64,000 nucleotides of DNA from Novakomyces olei (taxonomy: Eukaryota). The notes beneath the pieces are model-generated. The model was not told the origin of the DNA. It saw nothing but the letters and a program-made list of their open reading frames with translations, and searched no databases. How positions within the stretch are numbered: position 1 is the stretch's first letter; each line of letters starts with the position of its first letter. Made by a program: the position numbers and the translations under genes. The stretch lies in NCBI GenBank assembly GCA_016906335.1, contig JADEYG010000005.1, positions 124,001-188,000 on the forward strand, given 5' to 3'. Positions 40,119 through 53,956 of the stretch are shown in pieces.

Positions 40119-43100
40119 ATGGCTTTGCAAAGTCTGCCTTGTCAGACGTCTGCTCGCCTTCGCAAACGGTGCGACAGCACTGCGAGCAGCGGCAGTGGCG
40201 AGGCAGTTCGAGCTGATATGTCTATTTTTTCATCGGCCGTAAGCCTGCGGCGGCGCGACTCGGGCCAGGATTTAATGGATCCTGAGCGTTTAACAGAGCC
40301 CACTATTCCGCGAATGCTTTGTATGGGAACACGGCTTTTTCGCATAACCCGCAAGAAAGTTCGAGCGTGTATTTTAGCCGTGGATTCTACCGGCGGAGTC
40401 GTTATTGACTTTAAAAAGAGGAAATGTAAGTTGCAGCATGTCGATTTTTATATTGAAGATGCCCATAATTTTTGGAAGTTTTATCATCTAACGGATGCAC
40501 TGTTGGCAATTATATCTGCGGTTTGCACGTATAATTGCCCACTGCTTTTTCTGGGATTATACTATTCTTGAAAAGTTTATAAGTTTCTTTTCAGTCTGAT
40601 TAGTTTTTTTTCTGTGATTTTAATTACAAATCATTTCGTTTCATTTATTATTTCACTTTGTTCATTATTTCGTTTTATTTATTACTTCGGTTCATTTATT
40701 ATTTCACTTTGTTGAAGTTTATATCTTTAACCATTTTATTTGGGTTTGCCATCTCATTTCTCTCCCTCTCTCTATTCTTCCTGTATGAAGGTTTACTAAA
40801 TTGTAAAGTTTCTGTTCCCGATATTCGAGACGTTCGGCACGGAGCAGCAGCACAAAACTACAGAGAGCAATTCAGTTACCCTATCCAAATCGAAGATCGT
40901 TGGCTGACTATAGTGTACTGTGCTCAAGGTCGAATCCGTGCTTTTCATGTAGTAACACCCTCAGCATCGCTAGCAATCACCTGGGCACAAACGCTGACAA
41001 GACTTTGTGATTATCAGCGGGAGCTCTTATGCTCGAGCACGGCAGCAGTACCGGACGAAAATGTCCTGCACGTACAGTGGAACGAAGCAACTAATAAAGG
41101 CCCGGTCACTTATCAGGACGTGGAAGCAATGTGCCGTCGAATGCAGATTTTTGCGCCCTCTGTGCTTATTAAAGCACAGTACGATTTATTAGTGGCAGCA
41201 AAATGCAACAAATTTGGCCTGGACGAGTTTCAGTGTCTTGTCAAGCAGTTTAAAGTGCGGCCTGAAGTCAGGTCAATTTTTGATGCAAAAGCAGACGCCA
41301 GTGGCAGAATGACAGTGGATCTTTTCATCAAGTTTTTGCACCAGGATCAAGGGTTGGCCAGTGCAGATGAAGCGCGGGCGCTTTATCATGCCTTCACTGA
41401 TTCCTCCTTGAACTATATTACATATGAGGGCTTTGCTAAATTCTTAGCGTCAGAGGCAAACGCTTTGGTAAAAGAATCTCGGCCCGATATGTCGAGGCCC
41501 ATTAGCGAATATTTTATATCCAGTTCTCATAATACTTACCTGCTGGCGGGTCAGTTACGGGGCGAAAGCAGCATTGAGGGCTACATTGATGCCCTTCAGC
41601 GAGGCTGTAGATGCATTGAAATTGACTGCTGGGACGGAAGTGATGGACTGCCAATGGTCTACCACGGTCATACGTTTACCACCAAAATCCCCTTCATTGA
41701 TGTTGTTCGCTGTGTACACGACTATGCTTTTATTGCCTCGCCTTATCCTCTGATTATTTCACTGGACGTGCACTGCTCTCCGGAACAGCAGGCGGAAATT
41801 GCCGCACTACTGCGCTCAACGTTCGCCGGTCAGCTGGTTACGACTCCACTCGACTTGGGGAAACGTGAAGTTCTTCCATCGCCAGAGCAGTTGAAGTACC
41901 GCGTCCTCGTTAAAGTGAAATACCCTAGACACGACGCAGCTGAAGCGATCATGCACTCGGACAAGGGGAATTTTGGAGCGAGTTTTAATTCCGATTTTAA
42001 CAATAAGGGATTCGATTTTGATTTATACACAAAGAGTTCGCAAACCGCTGCGGAGCCCTTCATAAACTATGGCGATGATGTTCCGGCAATGACGACGGCA
42101 GCAACTAGTGCAAGTACGACGGCAACAGCGACAACAGCGACTCCCGATTCCTCGAGTTGCTATGAAAGTTTGGACCGGGTTGACCGAGTATCGACAGACT
42201 TGTCTGAGTGTCCGGTGCTACCTGGCAGTTACACGAATAATAACAATAAAGCCAATACCAGTAGTGCTTCTGAAAGAAAGCATACCGTGTCAGTCACAAA
42301 GCAGCAAAGGTTGCCGAGACAAAAGTTTAAAATAACCAGGCCGCTACTGGAATTGGGAGTTTACATGAAGACTATTGCCTTTCGGAATTTCGGTCTGCCC
42401 GAGTCTAAAATGTTTGATCATTGCTTCTCCTTTTCCGAACGGACACTGAATCGTTTACGAAAGGCAGATAGTAAACAGATTATAAAACACAACCGCAATT
42501 ATTTAATGCGAGTTTATCCCTCTGGGTTTCGTATTAACTCTAGCAACTTTGATCCCCTGCCCTTCTGGTCTCTCGGTGTTCCCATGGTGGCCCTAAACTG
42601 GCAGTCTCATGATCAAAGTATGCACGTAAACGATGCTCTTTTCGCGTCCTTTGGGGGGACCGGTTACGCCTTAAAACCTGATTATCTAAGGGATAAAAGA
42701 AGGCTACTGCTGACGGCCGGCATTGATACGCTTGTTAATCTCGATATTAAATTTATTTCTGGCCAGCATTTACCTTACTTGAACACTGCAGAGGGCGGTG
42801 CGACAGTATGGATACCGGCTCTGGTCAGCCAGGCGGCTTCTTATCCCTCCGCCTGCACGTATATTGTGGCAGTTGAAATAATCGGGAGCCAATCGTCCTC
42901 AACCTGGACTACTGGGCCCTCTGTACAAACTGACCATGGGCTAGAGTGGCATGGGGAATCTAGGGCACGGCTCACGTTTAAAACAGCCTCTGCGGAGCTT
43001 TGTTTCGTTCGGTTCAGGCTTTATTGTGAGGGTGTTGAAGTCGCTACTTGCACTGCTCGTTTAAGTGCCTTGCAGCGTGGGTACCGGCATATCCCGCTCA

Positions 43101-43180
43101 AGGATTTACTGGGCAACGACTTTGTTTGCTCAACCATATTCGCATACTTTGCATTAGCATTTAAGAGTGAGTCCGAGTGA
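40119..43180 (+). CDS. PLC1: Phosphoinositide-specific phospholipase C (intron about 40425-40809)
   Basis: PH/EF-hand region, X box (PISEYFISSSHNTYLLAGQL..GCRCIEIDCWDG..VYHGHTFT), Y box (HNRNYLMRVYPSGFRINSSNFDP..MVALNWQ), C2 (GYRHIPL). Confidence 0.95.
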
Positions 43181-43312
43181 AATTGGGCGTTTGTACATGA
43201 CCTTGAAGCTGTAGGCGAGATGTGCACTGTAGATATTTTCATTTTGAATTCACGACACACCTATACAAACGCTGATACAAACGCTGATACAAACGCTGAT
43301 TCTCTACGATTG

Positions 43313-43362
43313 TTAGGGTTATTTATTAATAACAAGTCTCACAGGGTTAGGGTTAGGGTTAG
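43313..43362. promoter_or_regulatory. Interstitial TTAGGG (telobox) cluster upstream of the DCAF11-like gene
   Basis: TTAGGGTT and AGGGTTAGGGTTAGGGTTAG, about 225-270 bp upstream of the ATG. Confidence 0.6.
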
Positions 43363-43585
43363 TTCCGTATTACGTGAAACGGCGTACGGTATTCGTCCTA
43401 ATTTATCATGAATTAATTAATTATTCCTCATAAACTCGATACGTTATATACATAGTAATACCTGCGCAGATATTCCCCGTGGAGGGCCGATGACGCCGAC
43501 GGCGGTGGAACACGCGGAGCTTTTGTATCATAGTCGCTAAGCCAATCAAATACTACAAAAATCCGAAACCTCTGGTACCGCTGCG

Positions 43586-45967
43586 ATGGATTCTGGAAAC
43601 CGGGGCGGAGGTAATTTGCTTCAAAATTCGAGTAAATAATCTAATGACATAATATTCAGGCGCACGATCACGCGTTCCGATAGATGAAATGGTGGCCATG
43701 TATGACAGTGACGTGGACGACGAGTATATACCGGACGAAGACGTAGATGAGGATTTGGAAGATGTAGAAAACGAAGACGAAGACGAGGACGAGGACGAGG
43801 ACGAGGAAGAGGAAGACGAGGAGCGAGATAGTATGGAAGAGAACTCTGATGACGAAGATGAACATGCGGATTTACAGAGACTAGTGTTTGACCAGGTTCG
43901 TATGGTGGCTTATAATAGCCATCCAGGAATAATTATTAGAGGGCCGAGGGTAGGTCTTGTCGAAGGCTGGCTGTAGCTGATTATTCTCTAGGGCCGTTTA
44001 CATTTCTACCAATCAAACCCTTCCGAGTCTGAGGAGGCGGTTAAAGCGCTGGAAGAGGAACGAGCTCGACTTGAACCGGTACCCAACCCGGCTGGTCAAG
44101 AGCTGCAGAACTCGGGGGAATTCGCAATTCAGGAGAATTGGGCAAAGGGTGATTTGCGATGTCGTCGTCCCTCTTTACCCGTGCAGTTACATGCTCGGTC
44201 TACTGTGCTAAAACGATCGCCTTTTGAATTTTATGCCAAGGTGAGTAGCATACAGTATTTTGCTTTATTATTGGTTTGCTTGTTTATTTTATTTTATTTT
44301 ATTTAATTCAATATAATTTCCACATTATCATCTAGTCACTCATGACTTCGTTTATATTAATCCTTACAGAATATGATCCCTACTACATGGGCACACATCC
44401 AGCAAAAACTAGACAATCGCGCCTACTCTGGACAGTTCTCTCTAGATGGCGATTTTTTCTATGCTTGCACACAAGATTTTCGGATCAGATTTTACGATAC
44501 ACGGGACCCGTACAATTGGAAACGGGCCCAGCAAGTAGTAGCGCACGATGGCCGTTGGACCATAACCGATGCCACTCTGTCTCCTGGGAAGGGAATGCTG
44601 GCTTATAGTAGTATAAGTCCTGTTGTATGGGTCGCTGCTACTGGCTATGGAGACGATTACCCTGCAAAAGGCGAGTCTGAACAATTTCCAGCAAATTTGC
44701 ATGCCGGTGGATGTCAGGCTGGCGTATGGAGCATTCGGTTTTCTCGTGATTCGCGAGAGATAATTGCCGGCGCTGGAGATCGTTGTATTTACTGTAAGTC
44801 TGCGTCTTTTTAAAATTGTAAAATGGGGGATTTTTTTTTCGATATATATTGGAACGGTTCGAACCCTTTTATCATTTATCTTTCTCGTATGCTTTTTCTA
44901 TACAGTTGTTTTATTCAAATTGGTTTTAATTTTAATTTCTTTCAATTAATTTCTTTCAATTTAGTTTAATTACCCTTCATTTCTCTCTAATCTCAATTCA
45001 TCGTTAATACCCTTCTTCAGCGGCCTTGACACCTTCTTCACGGAGCTGTCATAAAGTGCCCCGTTTCCATGAATTATTCAGTTACTAACGTAAAGCGTAC
45101 GACATGGAGGCACAAAAAGTCGTGCTTCGTTTAACAGGACACAAGGACGATGTGAATGCGGTCTGTTATGCAGACGATTCGTCAAACATTATCTATTCAG
45201 GTTCTGATGACTCTTACGTAAAAGTATGGGACCGAAGGTCGATGCGTAACCGCAATCAGGCCGGAGTCCTTGTGGGCCACATGGAGGGAATAACGTATAT
45301 TGACTCTAAAGGCGATGGACGCTACGCAATAACGAATGGCAAAGACCAGGCTTGCAAGCTGTGGGATATTCGCAAGATGCATTCGGCGGCAGATTTTGAT
45401 GAGTCCTCACGTATTCAGTACTCTGTGCGGTACGACTACCGTTGGGAGACGTACCCCGGTCCCCGCCACGCTCGCAGGCCAGATGATTGTAGTGTAATGA
45501 CTTTTAGGGGCCATGCAGTACTGAAAACCCTGATCAGGTGCCATTTCTCACCGGCCTTTTCAACGGGTCAGCAGTACGTATATTCTGGATCAGCTTGTGG
45601 ACGGGTCTTTGTCTGGCGGCTGGATGGGACGCTGGTTAAAAAGCTGTCTGTCAGCAAAGGCTTGGACCGTGAGCTTCGGGGCACTGACGCAGCCCAGCGA
45701 CGAAGGTCTGAGCGTCTTCGTCATACGACGACGGGTGCGGCTGCTCGAGCGGCTGACGACTACCTCTTCCGAGTCAGTAATAAGGCCTGCACGCGTGATG
45801 TTAGTTGGCACCCTTACCTGCCCGTTATTGCCTCGTCCTCCTGGCTCGGCGAGTCGAGGGAGGAAGGCCTCGTTGCGACCCACGTGTGGCGAGATCCAGA
45901 GTACTTGGAAGAGCAGGAAGGGTTTGATGATGAGGATTATACGAGCGATCTTGATTTTATGTACTAG
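43586..45967 (+). CDS. WD40 protein of the DCAF11/WDR23 (LEC14B) family, multi-exon
   Basis: Acidic N-terminus; RAYSGQFSLDGDFFY, GRWTITDATLSP, GHKDDVNAVCY, VKVWDRR, GHMEGITYIDSKGDGRY, TFRGHAVLKTLIRCHFSP, RDVSWHP. Confidence 0.9.
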
Positions 45968-46023
45968 TTGTGCGGACGATGGCTGTTAGATTTGTAAAGG
46001 ACTCGCCATCCTCTTTTGGGTAT

Positions 46024-46222
46024 TTATAGTTTTGTTTAAAATAATAGATTTGTTAAATAACAGTTTTGTTTAGAATAATAGTTTTGTTTAAAATAATAGT
46101 TTTGTTTAAAATAATAGTTTTGTTTAAAATAATAGTTTTGTTTAAAATAATAGTTTTATTTAAAATAACAGTTTTGTTTAAAATAATAGTGTTGTTTAAA
46201 ATAATAGTTTTATTTAAAATAA
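46024..46222. repeat. 18-bp minisatellite (TAGTTTTGTTTAAAATAA), about 10-11 copies
   Basis: Directly visible between convergent 3' ends. It produces the spurious IVLFKI/LNKTII ORFs. Confidence 0.95.
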
Positions 46223-46251
46223 TATATATATATATTATCTGCGTCTGCACG

Positions 46252-47606
46252 TCATCGTGCCAGGAAGCGAAGCACGGCTTTGCCAGGAGAGGGCCGACCG
46301 AGCTGCAGCTCGTACACTCGGCTGGTGAGGTCCATGATTATACTGAAAACTGTCTCTGCCTGAAGTGGTGGTGGGTCAGAGAGGCACGTGTGCCTCGCAA
46401 TACTGGCAGGTGCTCCAGTCTCGTCAGCCAGAATTTGGCGGATAGAATCAAAACTGGCGGCAGGTGCTACACGTCCAAGTTCGCGAAGCCTCTCCAGTCT
46501 CTGAAAAGTATCGGCGAGGTAACCAGCAGCGTCCTCGTCACCCAATTCAAGTCGAATATTATGATTTGTGTGGGCAATTTGCCCTCGGCTATCGGGAACC
46601 AGTTTGCCAAAGGGCTTTTGCGGGCTCATCTCGAGTCCGATCGCGGCCTCTGTGTCAGCGATGCAGATATGGCTCGTATAGGCAGACCCGGTTTGCTCCA
46701 GGCGGGATACTGCTTCTTCGACACTACAGGCTTCTAGAGCGTAGCGAAGGCAGATATGAACAGGCAGTTTGGTCGTGTCCGCCGTGTTTGTACGGATAGC
46801 GTTTAGCGTTACACCAACTCCCGCACTGTTGCACCCAATTTTGCCAATTATTCCGGCTTCTGTAACCATGAAAATCGTATGTTTAGGCCCGACAATGGTC
46901 AGATGGACCAGTGTTCCCGCCTGCTCTTCACGCCAGTCCCAATTTTGGGCGAGGAAGACTTTTCCCGTTGACTCGTCCCGCCAGTAGAGCGAGGAGCACC
47001 CGTCTCCAAACTTTGAAAGAGCAATCTCGCTGCGAACATTGAGGGCTAGAATATCAAGGTAGCCTACGCCAGCTCCCTCTGCGACACCTGCGTCTTTAGC
47101 CGTCGGACATGACAATTATTATTTATTTATTTATTTTGCAGCTGCGTGAATAGAAGAGCAAATGAAATTAAATGATAAATGAATTAATTGATAAATGAAA
47201 TAATTGATAAATGAAATAATTGATGAATGAATTAATTGATGAATGAATTAATTGATAAATGAAATTAATTGATAAATGAAATTGACCGATAAATGAGAAT
47301 GGGCCAGTAGTAAACAAGACGAAAAAAAGCAGTTTCAATGCCGAGTAGCGCACCTCGCATTTCCTCAACGAGATGAGGGCACTCTTTGTCCAACACGCGC
47401 GTATACTGTTTCGCAACGTCACGAACCTGATCCCACGAAATGCCCTTTGCGTCCCAGAACAAGCGCTTGTAATTCTTCAGGCATTGCAGTACTTTGGCCC
47501 GGGCAAAACTGCCGTGAGTGAACCCGATCTGTTGAAATTAGCAGGCTTAAAAGGACTCTGTCGTACTCACCTCATAGTTTGTACCTGTGCAGGTTACGAT
47601 ATCCAT
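46252..47606 (-). CDS. Peptidase C45 / acyl-CoA:isopenicillin-N acyltransferase-like Ntn hydrolase (2 introns)
   Basis: MDIVTCTGTNYE|IGFTHG...HLVEEMR|GVAEGAGV..LDILALNVRSEI, DGCSS (Gly-Cys autoprocessing site), AQNWDW, TEAGIIGKIGCNSAGVGVTLNA, AHTNH. Confidence 0.88.
47167..47295. repeat. Intronic ~16-17 bp tandem repeat (AATTGATAAATGAAAT-like)
   Basis: About 7-8 imperfect copies inside intron 2 of the C45 gene. Confidence 0.85.
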
Positions 47607-47894
47607 TCCTTCTCGTCCGCAGAAATCAAGAGCTGCGTGTACACAACCGGCCGACCAATTAATTATCCATATATTAATTACGTGGGCTGCTCGGCTGATA
47701 AGTGAGTCTGCAAATTCGCTGGATAATGATTTTGTTTGAAAAAAGTAGAATAAATAGAGAGCCTAGGTCGGCGATTACGAGTGTAGATTCAAGTAATGTG
47801 TAGAATAATAATTGTCGTTTGGATTGACAATTAAATTAACTTAAATTAAACTAAATAATCAATCAGCACGAGCCAGCTGCGCTAGTCGTATGCA

Positions 47895-48806
47895 ATGCAA
47901 GTACAAAAGCTGTTTGGTGCTATACCCGAAAGACGGTGTCAGGAGATAATGGCGGCCGCAGCTCAAACTTTCCCCATTGGACCTGAGCCCTTTTGTGAGC
48001 ATACAGTCGTTTATTCTTGGGGTGAGCTTTTCGTCTTTAAGCAAAGAAACTGGATATAGAGGACACTGGATTAATATGGCGACTAAAGGCAGCGGACCAC
48101 TTTCGCCGGAGAAGAATATTCGTCTTACGGCCGACACAAAGGCTATAGCGCACTGCTTGGACGCGTCATGGATCAGTAATGTGTCTTGGCGCGCTGCAGT
48201 GGAAGGAATCGCTGAGCCCGTAGGGAAACGTGCCGTTACCGTGCGCAGCTTGGTCACTGCTCCTATTGCAGAAGGCGATGCTTTTCGCTTTATAGCCGCT
48301 CTCGGCTATACGTAAGTGAAGACAGTATAAGGGGAACAAATTTAAATCAAAGAATTTGAATAAAAGAATGAATTTTAATCGGTCATTTTGAATGATTATT
48401 CTGTTTTATCATATATGTTTATTGTTTTGCTATTTTCAAGGCTTCGCGTTCAATTGGAAATTGATCTTTTGTTTGGTGTATTTATTCGGCCATTCTGATT
48501 TGTGCTAGTTTTGCTTACGAGTATTGCCGTAAAGGCATCATCTTCGCCCGTGGACCGGCACAGCTACTCTTCTACCAATTATACCAACCTGAAGATCGCC
48601 ATATTCTTTCAACCCTAAGACCAGTCGACGATGCTGCTGCGTGGTACTTGGAATTAAAGGGCACTGTCACCCCTGGTGGAGGAGCGTCTACAGCAAACTC
48701 AGCACAGACAGAGTCTCAGCAACTTGAGCAATTGATGGTCACAATAGCCCGTGAGCTCTCGGGCTACGTAAATCTAGCTCCTATCATGGACAACAAGCTT
48801 CGGTAA
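47895..48806 (+). CDS. MED18: Mediator subunit Med18/Srb5 (introns about 48022-48088 and 48312-48508)
   Basis: MQVQKLFGAI...PFCEHTVVYSW|GSGP...WRAAVEGIAEPVGKRAVTVRS...GDAFRFIAALGYT|FAYEYCRKGIIFARG...ELSGYVNL, which matches the Med18 pattern. Confidence 0.75.
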
Positions 48807-49001
48807 GGGGCTGTTTGTTTGAAAGTTTGCTTGAATCAAAACTATAAAACCAAGGGTCGCTTGCGCACAGTAGGCCTCAATATAAAGAAGGCAGGACGGT
48901 GTTTTCTTTTTTTTTTTTTTTTTTTTTTTTTTTCTTTTTTCTTATTTTAACTTATATTATTTCACTTTACTTCACATGTATTTTATTTATCCTGTTTCCT
49001 G

Positions 49002-50094
49002 TCATTCCAGATACTTCACCGCAAGATGCGCAATGAACGTAATAGTCTCCTGACGGTCTGGACCGCGGTAATGGTCGCCCGTAATTGGAACGGCTTTTGC
49101 TGGAAAGTATGGGCTGATAGCCTCGCAAAATTGGGTTGATAGAGAAGGTGATAGCAATACATCTTGAACAGAGTAAAGAAGGTGCATTTCGGGTTTTTGT
49201 GACGACAGAGGCAAGTTCGGATTCAAAATTGACAGCGGGTTTGCGGAGCGTAATGTTTCAATGTTCAAAGCTTCTTCATTTGGAGCAAAAGCATCGCGCA
49301 AGAACATTGCATAATAATCTGGATAAAGAGTGACCAGATGTTCCAGATCATATATACCATTGATTCCGACAAGCGCGGCAATATTGAAATTGCTGGAAGC
49401 AAATGCTTGGAAAGCGAGAAACGCTCCGGCTGAATGACCGCACAAGATAAGGCGCGGGGCTATATGCGAAGTAATAAATTTCAGAGCCTCAATGACGTCG
49501 TTCAAATGAGCAGGATGCTGAACTTTTGGAGAAAGGCGATAATTGATGCTGGCAAATGTGCATAGCGGACGTAAATGGGCGGGAAGTCTTTCGGCCACTC
49601 CTCTGAATAGTGCGAATCCGTCGGTTGCGTCAATATCAGGGTCACGCCTGTATGCATTAGATGAATAGACGAATGAATATACAAGAATTTAAAATTATTT
49701 ATTTTTATTTTTTTATTTTAATTATTTTGATTTTGACGTCGACGTTGACGTTGAGTTTTTCATTAACGTTAAATAAGTAAAAAGAGAGATAAGTGTCAAA
49801 GACGGAATAAACATGGATTATTGAATAGACTATAATTATGATGAGCATCATTATCCATCTTGACGGTGCTATAATTCACAAATCATGTTGGAATCCAAAA
49901 TCTTACCAAGCGCCTCCGTGTATGAAAACCACACACAATTTCGCTGTAGCGTTGGGGATGTAGTATATAATCTGCTCTTTGTCATGTCCGTATTGATATT
50001 GTTTCCATTCTTCCTTTCCCGAGTCAGACTCAATCTTGCCGGGCAGAATCTCGTCGGCCTTTTTCACATCGTTGGGTTGGTTTTTAGTCGTCAT
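49002..50094 (-). CDS. BNA7: Kynurenine formamidase-like alpha/beta hydrolase (one intron, about 49649-49906)
   Basis: VFIHGGAW|RDP, SINYRLSP..QHPAHLNDV, LCGHSAGA nucleophile motif, GIYDL. Confidence 0.8.
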
Positions 50095-50855
50095 ACTTTA
50101 TAGTAGAATTAAGATGGACTTCAATTGCACCAATTTGACGTGGGCAAAGACTGAATACAAAGTTCACTCCAATACAAGGTTCAATTCAATAGACTCTCAG
50201 AACAGGAACTTTGTAATCAGAATTGCTTCACTTGCTCTGTAGTAATTTGACCAGTTAACTCTTGACGAGGGCTTGAAAGGCAGATTTTTCACCGTATTCA
50301 AACTGTCATGGCAAACCTCTGCTGAATATGATCGGTCCCCTATCACATATTCATACAAAGTTTCAGGTGGAGACGAATAACTGGTGCTTTACAAAAAAAA
50401 AAATTAGAGATCTATAATATCTATCAACACTTTTGGCTAATTTACGTCATTTGCATTGACGCTTCCAGTAAATCGGATCTGCATTGAACGCTTTTTCTGA
50501 TTTAGTCGTCTGTCATTCGGCGGAAACGTGCACCAGAGCTGACATCTTTTGTTTCCAATCCTATATAGTAAAAGGCTGATTTGGCGTCACATGAAAATAA
50601 TTGTTATGATAATTGTTATAATAATTGTAATAATTAAATATATATAAAAACCTATTTATAAGAGAGCGGGGGGAGGGGTTTGACTTTTCGACTCAGAATT
50701 CAGGCTCTTAAACGTAATTTGACTCAGTCGCCATACCAATTGCCAAAGTGCTGTATGATTATGAGCAAATTTGTTTTAGTATTTTAATAGGCTAAAACTG
50801 TTATCGTGTCTGTAGTGCTTTTATAATTCTACTTTGTCTGCTATAGAAGCGCGAC

Positions 50856-51356
50856 TCAATTCGGTCGACTATCACCACCATCTTTAGCGTCAACAAGGAC
50901 GCCGACAACCGGATACTTCATTTCAAAATGGCCCTGCCACTCGGTGAGAGAGTTCTTTTGCTCCTCTGAAAGATCATCAAGCGAATCAATTGGCTCATTC
51001 AGTGGCGTCAGAACTTCAGCATCAAATGATCCCAAGGCGAGACCCCGCGAGGCATCGCGCCCAGCGAAATTGCCATACGGGCCGTTGGGCCCATAAAATT
51101 GCTTGCCCATTGTTACATCGTAGACTTTGCCGTTTATAGCGAGCAAAATGTTTGGGCGATCGCGTCCATTAAAAGGCTGTAATGTTTGGGGAGTGTAAGT
51201 TTGGAAGTCTAACTTTTCCGTCGGCTCTTCCTGTGGCTTAGGTCGTCTTTGTACGAGCGGCCTTATTCTCGTCCATAACAGATACGTAAGTAAAAGTACA
51301 AGAAACGTGTTTTTCGGAGTGAACCAGTTTCCATTCTCGTCGGGTGAGAGCGCCAT
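50856..51356 (-). CDS. DAP1: Membrane-associated cytochrome b5-like heme/steroid-binding protein Dap1/PGRMC
   Basis: N-terminal [40 protein letters not shown]...[11 protein letters not shown]. Confidence 0.92.
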   Translation of the reverse strand: MALSPDENGNWFTPKNTFLVLLLTYLLWTRIRPLVQRRPKPQEEPTEKLDFQTYTPQTLQPFNGRDRPNILLAINGKVYDVTMGKQFYGPNGPYGNFAGRDASRGLALGSFDAEVLTPLNEPIDSLDDLSEEQKNSLTEWQGHFEMKYPVVGVLVDAKDGGDSRPN

Positions 51357-51796
51357 AGTGGATCGGCTGTCGTCCGTCAGAATGTGTGTATATGTCGATA
51401 ATGATTGATATTACTTTTCATGCATTGTCTATATTTTTTGTAATTTAATGCGTTTATTTAGCCCATTGCTTGTTATAGATAGCAGATTATACTTTCAGGG
51501 TTAGGGTTAACATTGTCCGCAGTGGAAATTCGCTGTTACGATTGGCAGTCTAAGCAGCCGCTCATTTACTGGGCGATCGGGGAAGGACAGGCCAAATCTT
51601 ATTTATCCCACAAGGCATCGTCTATGTACATTCTAAAATAATGTGCTTTGCCAAAAACATTTACTCCATCATATCATTTCTATCCTTAAAATCGAGCAGC
51701 TGATCAATGCTAATTTAGACACAAGTCAACCATCATCTTCAGCTGCTATTTGGTATTGTACATTACCTATAATTTTCTTCGACATATACATAAAAC

Positions 51797-53956
51797 CTAC
51801 CAGGTCTCCTGTAAGTACCGCCCATGCCGCTCCATATTTAAAAGATACTCCGCCGCTGTAGCGGACGATAGATGGCCCTGACTCGCGAGCACAGTCGACA
51901 CTGCCTCTCGCACAGCATCAGGCATTCTTCCACTGCTTCCACACACGTATAAACGTCCTCTTTGCTGGTGTAAGACTCTATAAACATCGGCAGCATTGTC
52001 TATAATTGCATTTTGCACGTAGTATTTTTCCGGCTGATCACGAGAAAAAGCGGGAAACAGTTTCATCCAGCCTTGAGACGCGTAATGCTCCAGCTCAGAC
52101 CCAAACAGAAAATCGTAGGCTCGATTCCGATTGCCGCAGAATAAAAGAGTTTCAGCAGGAGGGAAATCCTTTGCAGTAGAAGCCCTGTCTTGTAATATAG
52201 CAAGCATTGGAGCAATCCCGGTGCCTGGTCCCACCAGCATCAGGGGTGTATTACTTGCAGGTGCCTTCATAGCTCCTCTATTAAGCGCGAGCCGTACAGA
52301 ATAACCCGGCTCCAGTGTCCTGATCCACCGCGAACAGACGCCCTCTCTTGGCCGTTGCAAGATAGTGCGATACTTGACCAGAGCTACAAGTAAATTTACG
52401 TGACCAGGGTGGGCGCTTAAACTGCTTGCGATCGAAAACTGCCTGGGTCTTAAGCGTGGCAGTACGTCAAAAATGTAGTCCAATGGGATTCGAACCGACG
52501 TCGAAAATTCTTCCAAGACTTCAAGTAGCGTTCTGCGCGGACGGGTTACGTAATCGAAATAGTCATCCTGGCCTTCGGCACTGCCCAATTCTTCCAATTT
52601 CTCCCGGTGCATTTCGTCCCCGCTGAAATGTGCAAGGTATTCAAACAATGATCTCTTGGGGATACATCTTAGATCAAAATAAAATTGACAAAGCGACGTT
52701 AGGGTAATAACGGGCCGGGGAAGGTCGTGTATCTTCAAGTCTGAGCTGGTCGATTGGACACGCACAGGCAGATGAGCAATGTCTTTCCAGCCCATAAGCT
52801 CAATGAAAAGAGCAACGTCTTCAACAGCATTTTCTGGGTAAAGAACAGCGATATCGCCCGGCCCGAAATGGACTGATTGTGGAAGGGTTAGAGTTAAATG
52901 CCGTACATCTTGCCAGTGGCGAGGATGCGTCACTCGAACATTTTGCACTACCACGCTTTTCATTGACGCATCAGCAAAATCATGGCTTGTGTTTTGGTAT
53001 AAATGGCTATTGGCTTCAGTCTCTCCAATCGTGACAATATGCTCGGGCGGCAGCAGTTTGTCTGTCGGGAAGGGTTTCTCTCCGGCCGGGAGAGGATCCG
53101 TTTTATCGAGCCGTTCCAAGAATAACTCTGACCAAATTCCCAACGTACCCTCCACCCTGTCATATTAGTCTAAGAACGTTTGAATTTGAAGAAATATAGA
53201 ACTAAGGAATATGAATGGTAAAGGCAAACTATTATTAATTGATATAGTTCAAAATGGATCGAATCAAATCAATTAATAAATCGATCAAAGTATGATCGAA
53301 GAGGTTAAGACTGCATTGACCATTTATACAGTCCTCTGTCTCAGTCATGTTTTTTTCTTCTTTTTTTTTCTTTTCTTTTTTGATCGTTTATGGTTCGTAC
53401 CCTTGTTCGTGTTGGTCGTCGCCTTCGCCACGGGGTATAAAAGTTGTCCCTCCCAGCTGGCCTACTCGTTTCTCCAATTTGCGAGCAGCCCAGTTAAATC
53501 TAGAGGCAATTAGCTCGTCGATAAAATGCGATTAATGCAATATTTTTGTTACTGTATTATGCATACTTTGGATAAGTAGAATCGCCAAGGCCGAATACGG
53601 TGAATGCTACTCTCGCAAATATCGGAGAAAGGCTTTTCCGTAAAAGCGAGCGCCAGAATTTCTGAAAAGCAAATTAGTTCAAACAAAATATAAAGCCGTA
53701 CTCGCGCATTCTCCGGAAAGTTGCCCTGCCCCGTGGTAGAGCATACGAAAATAATAAGCGTACAAGAATCGATAAGATCCTAAGAGTTAACATGACATGA
53801 AATAGCAAATACAATACTTACCAGAGTGAGATCATTCATACAGACCTGCCGCACATTTAGCCGCTGACGCACGCAAAAGCGGCGAAGACTGCTTGCGCAA
53901 TCTTCTGCATTTCCTGTTTCACTGCCGTACGCAATGAGCACAAGACTCTTGCGCAT
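51797..53956 (-). CDS. TAH18: NADPH-dependent diflavin oxidoreductase Tah18/NDOR1 (introns in the 5' part)
   Basis: LIAYGSETGNAE (FMN), STTGQG, FGLGDS, HWQDVRH, RPRRT, LRPRQFSIASS, GPGTGIAP, FSRDQ, VCGSSGRMP, C-terminal QETW. Confidence 0.92.

Noticed and set aside
43343-43362. Telomere or chromosome-fusion scar
   Set aside because: Only about 3 TTAGGG units in a single orientation between ordinary genes; better explained as a promoter telobox.
46053-46250. Repeat-protein ORFs (LNKTII / IVLFKI) or a CRISPR-like array
   Set aside because: An 18-bp spacerless minisatellite in a eukaryotic intergenic region.
52483-52500. tRNA T-loop-like GGTTCGAATCCC on the minus strand
   Set aside because: It lies inside the TAH18 CDS, the T-stem does not pair, and no cloverleaf can be built.
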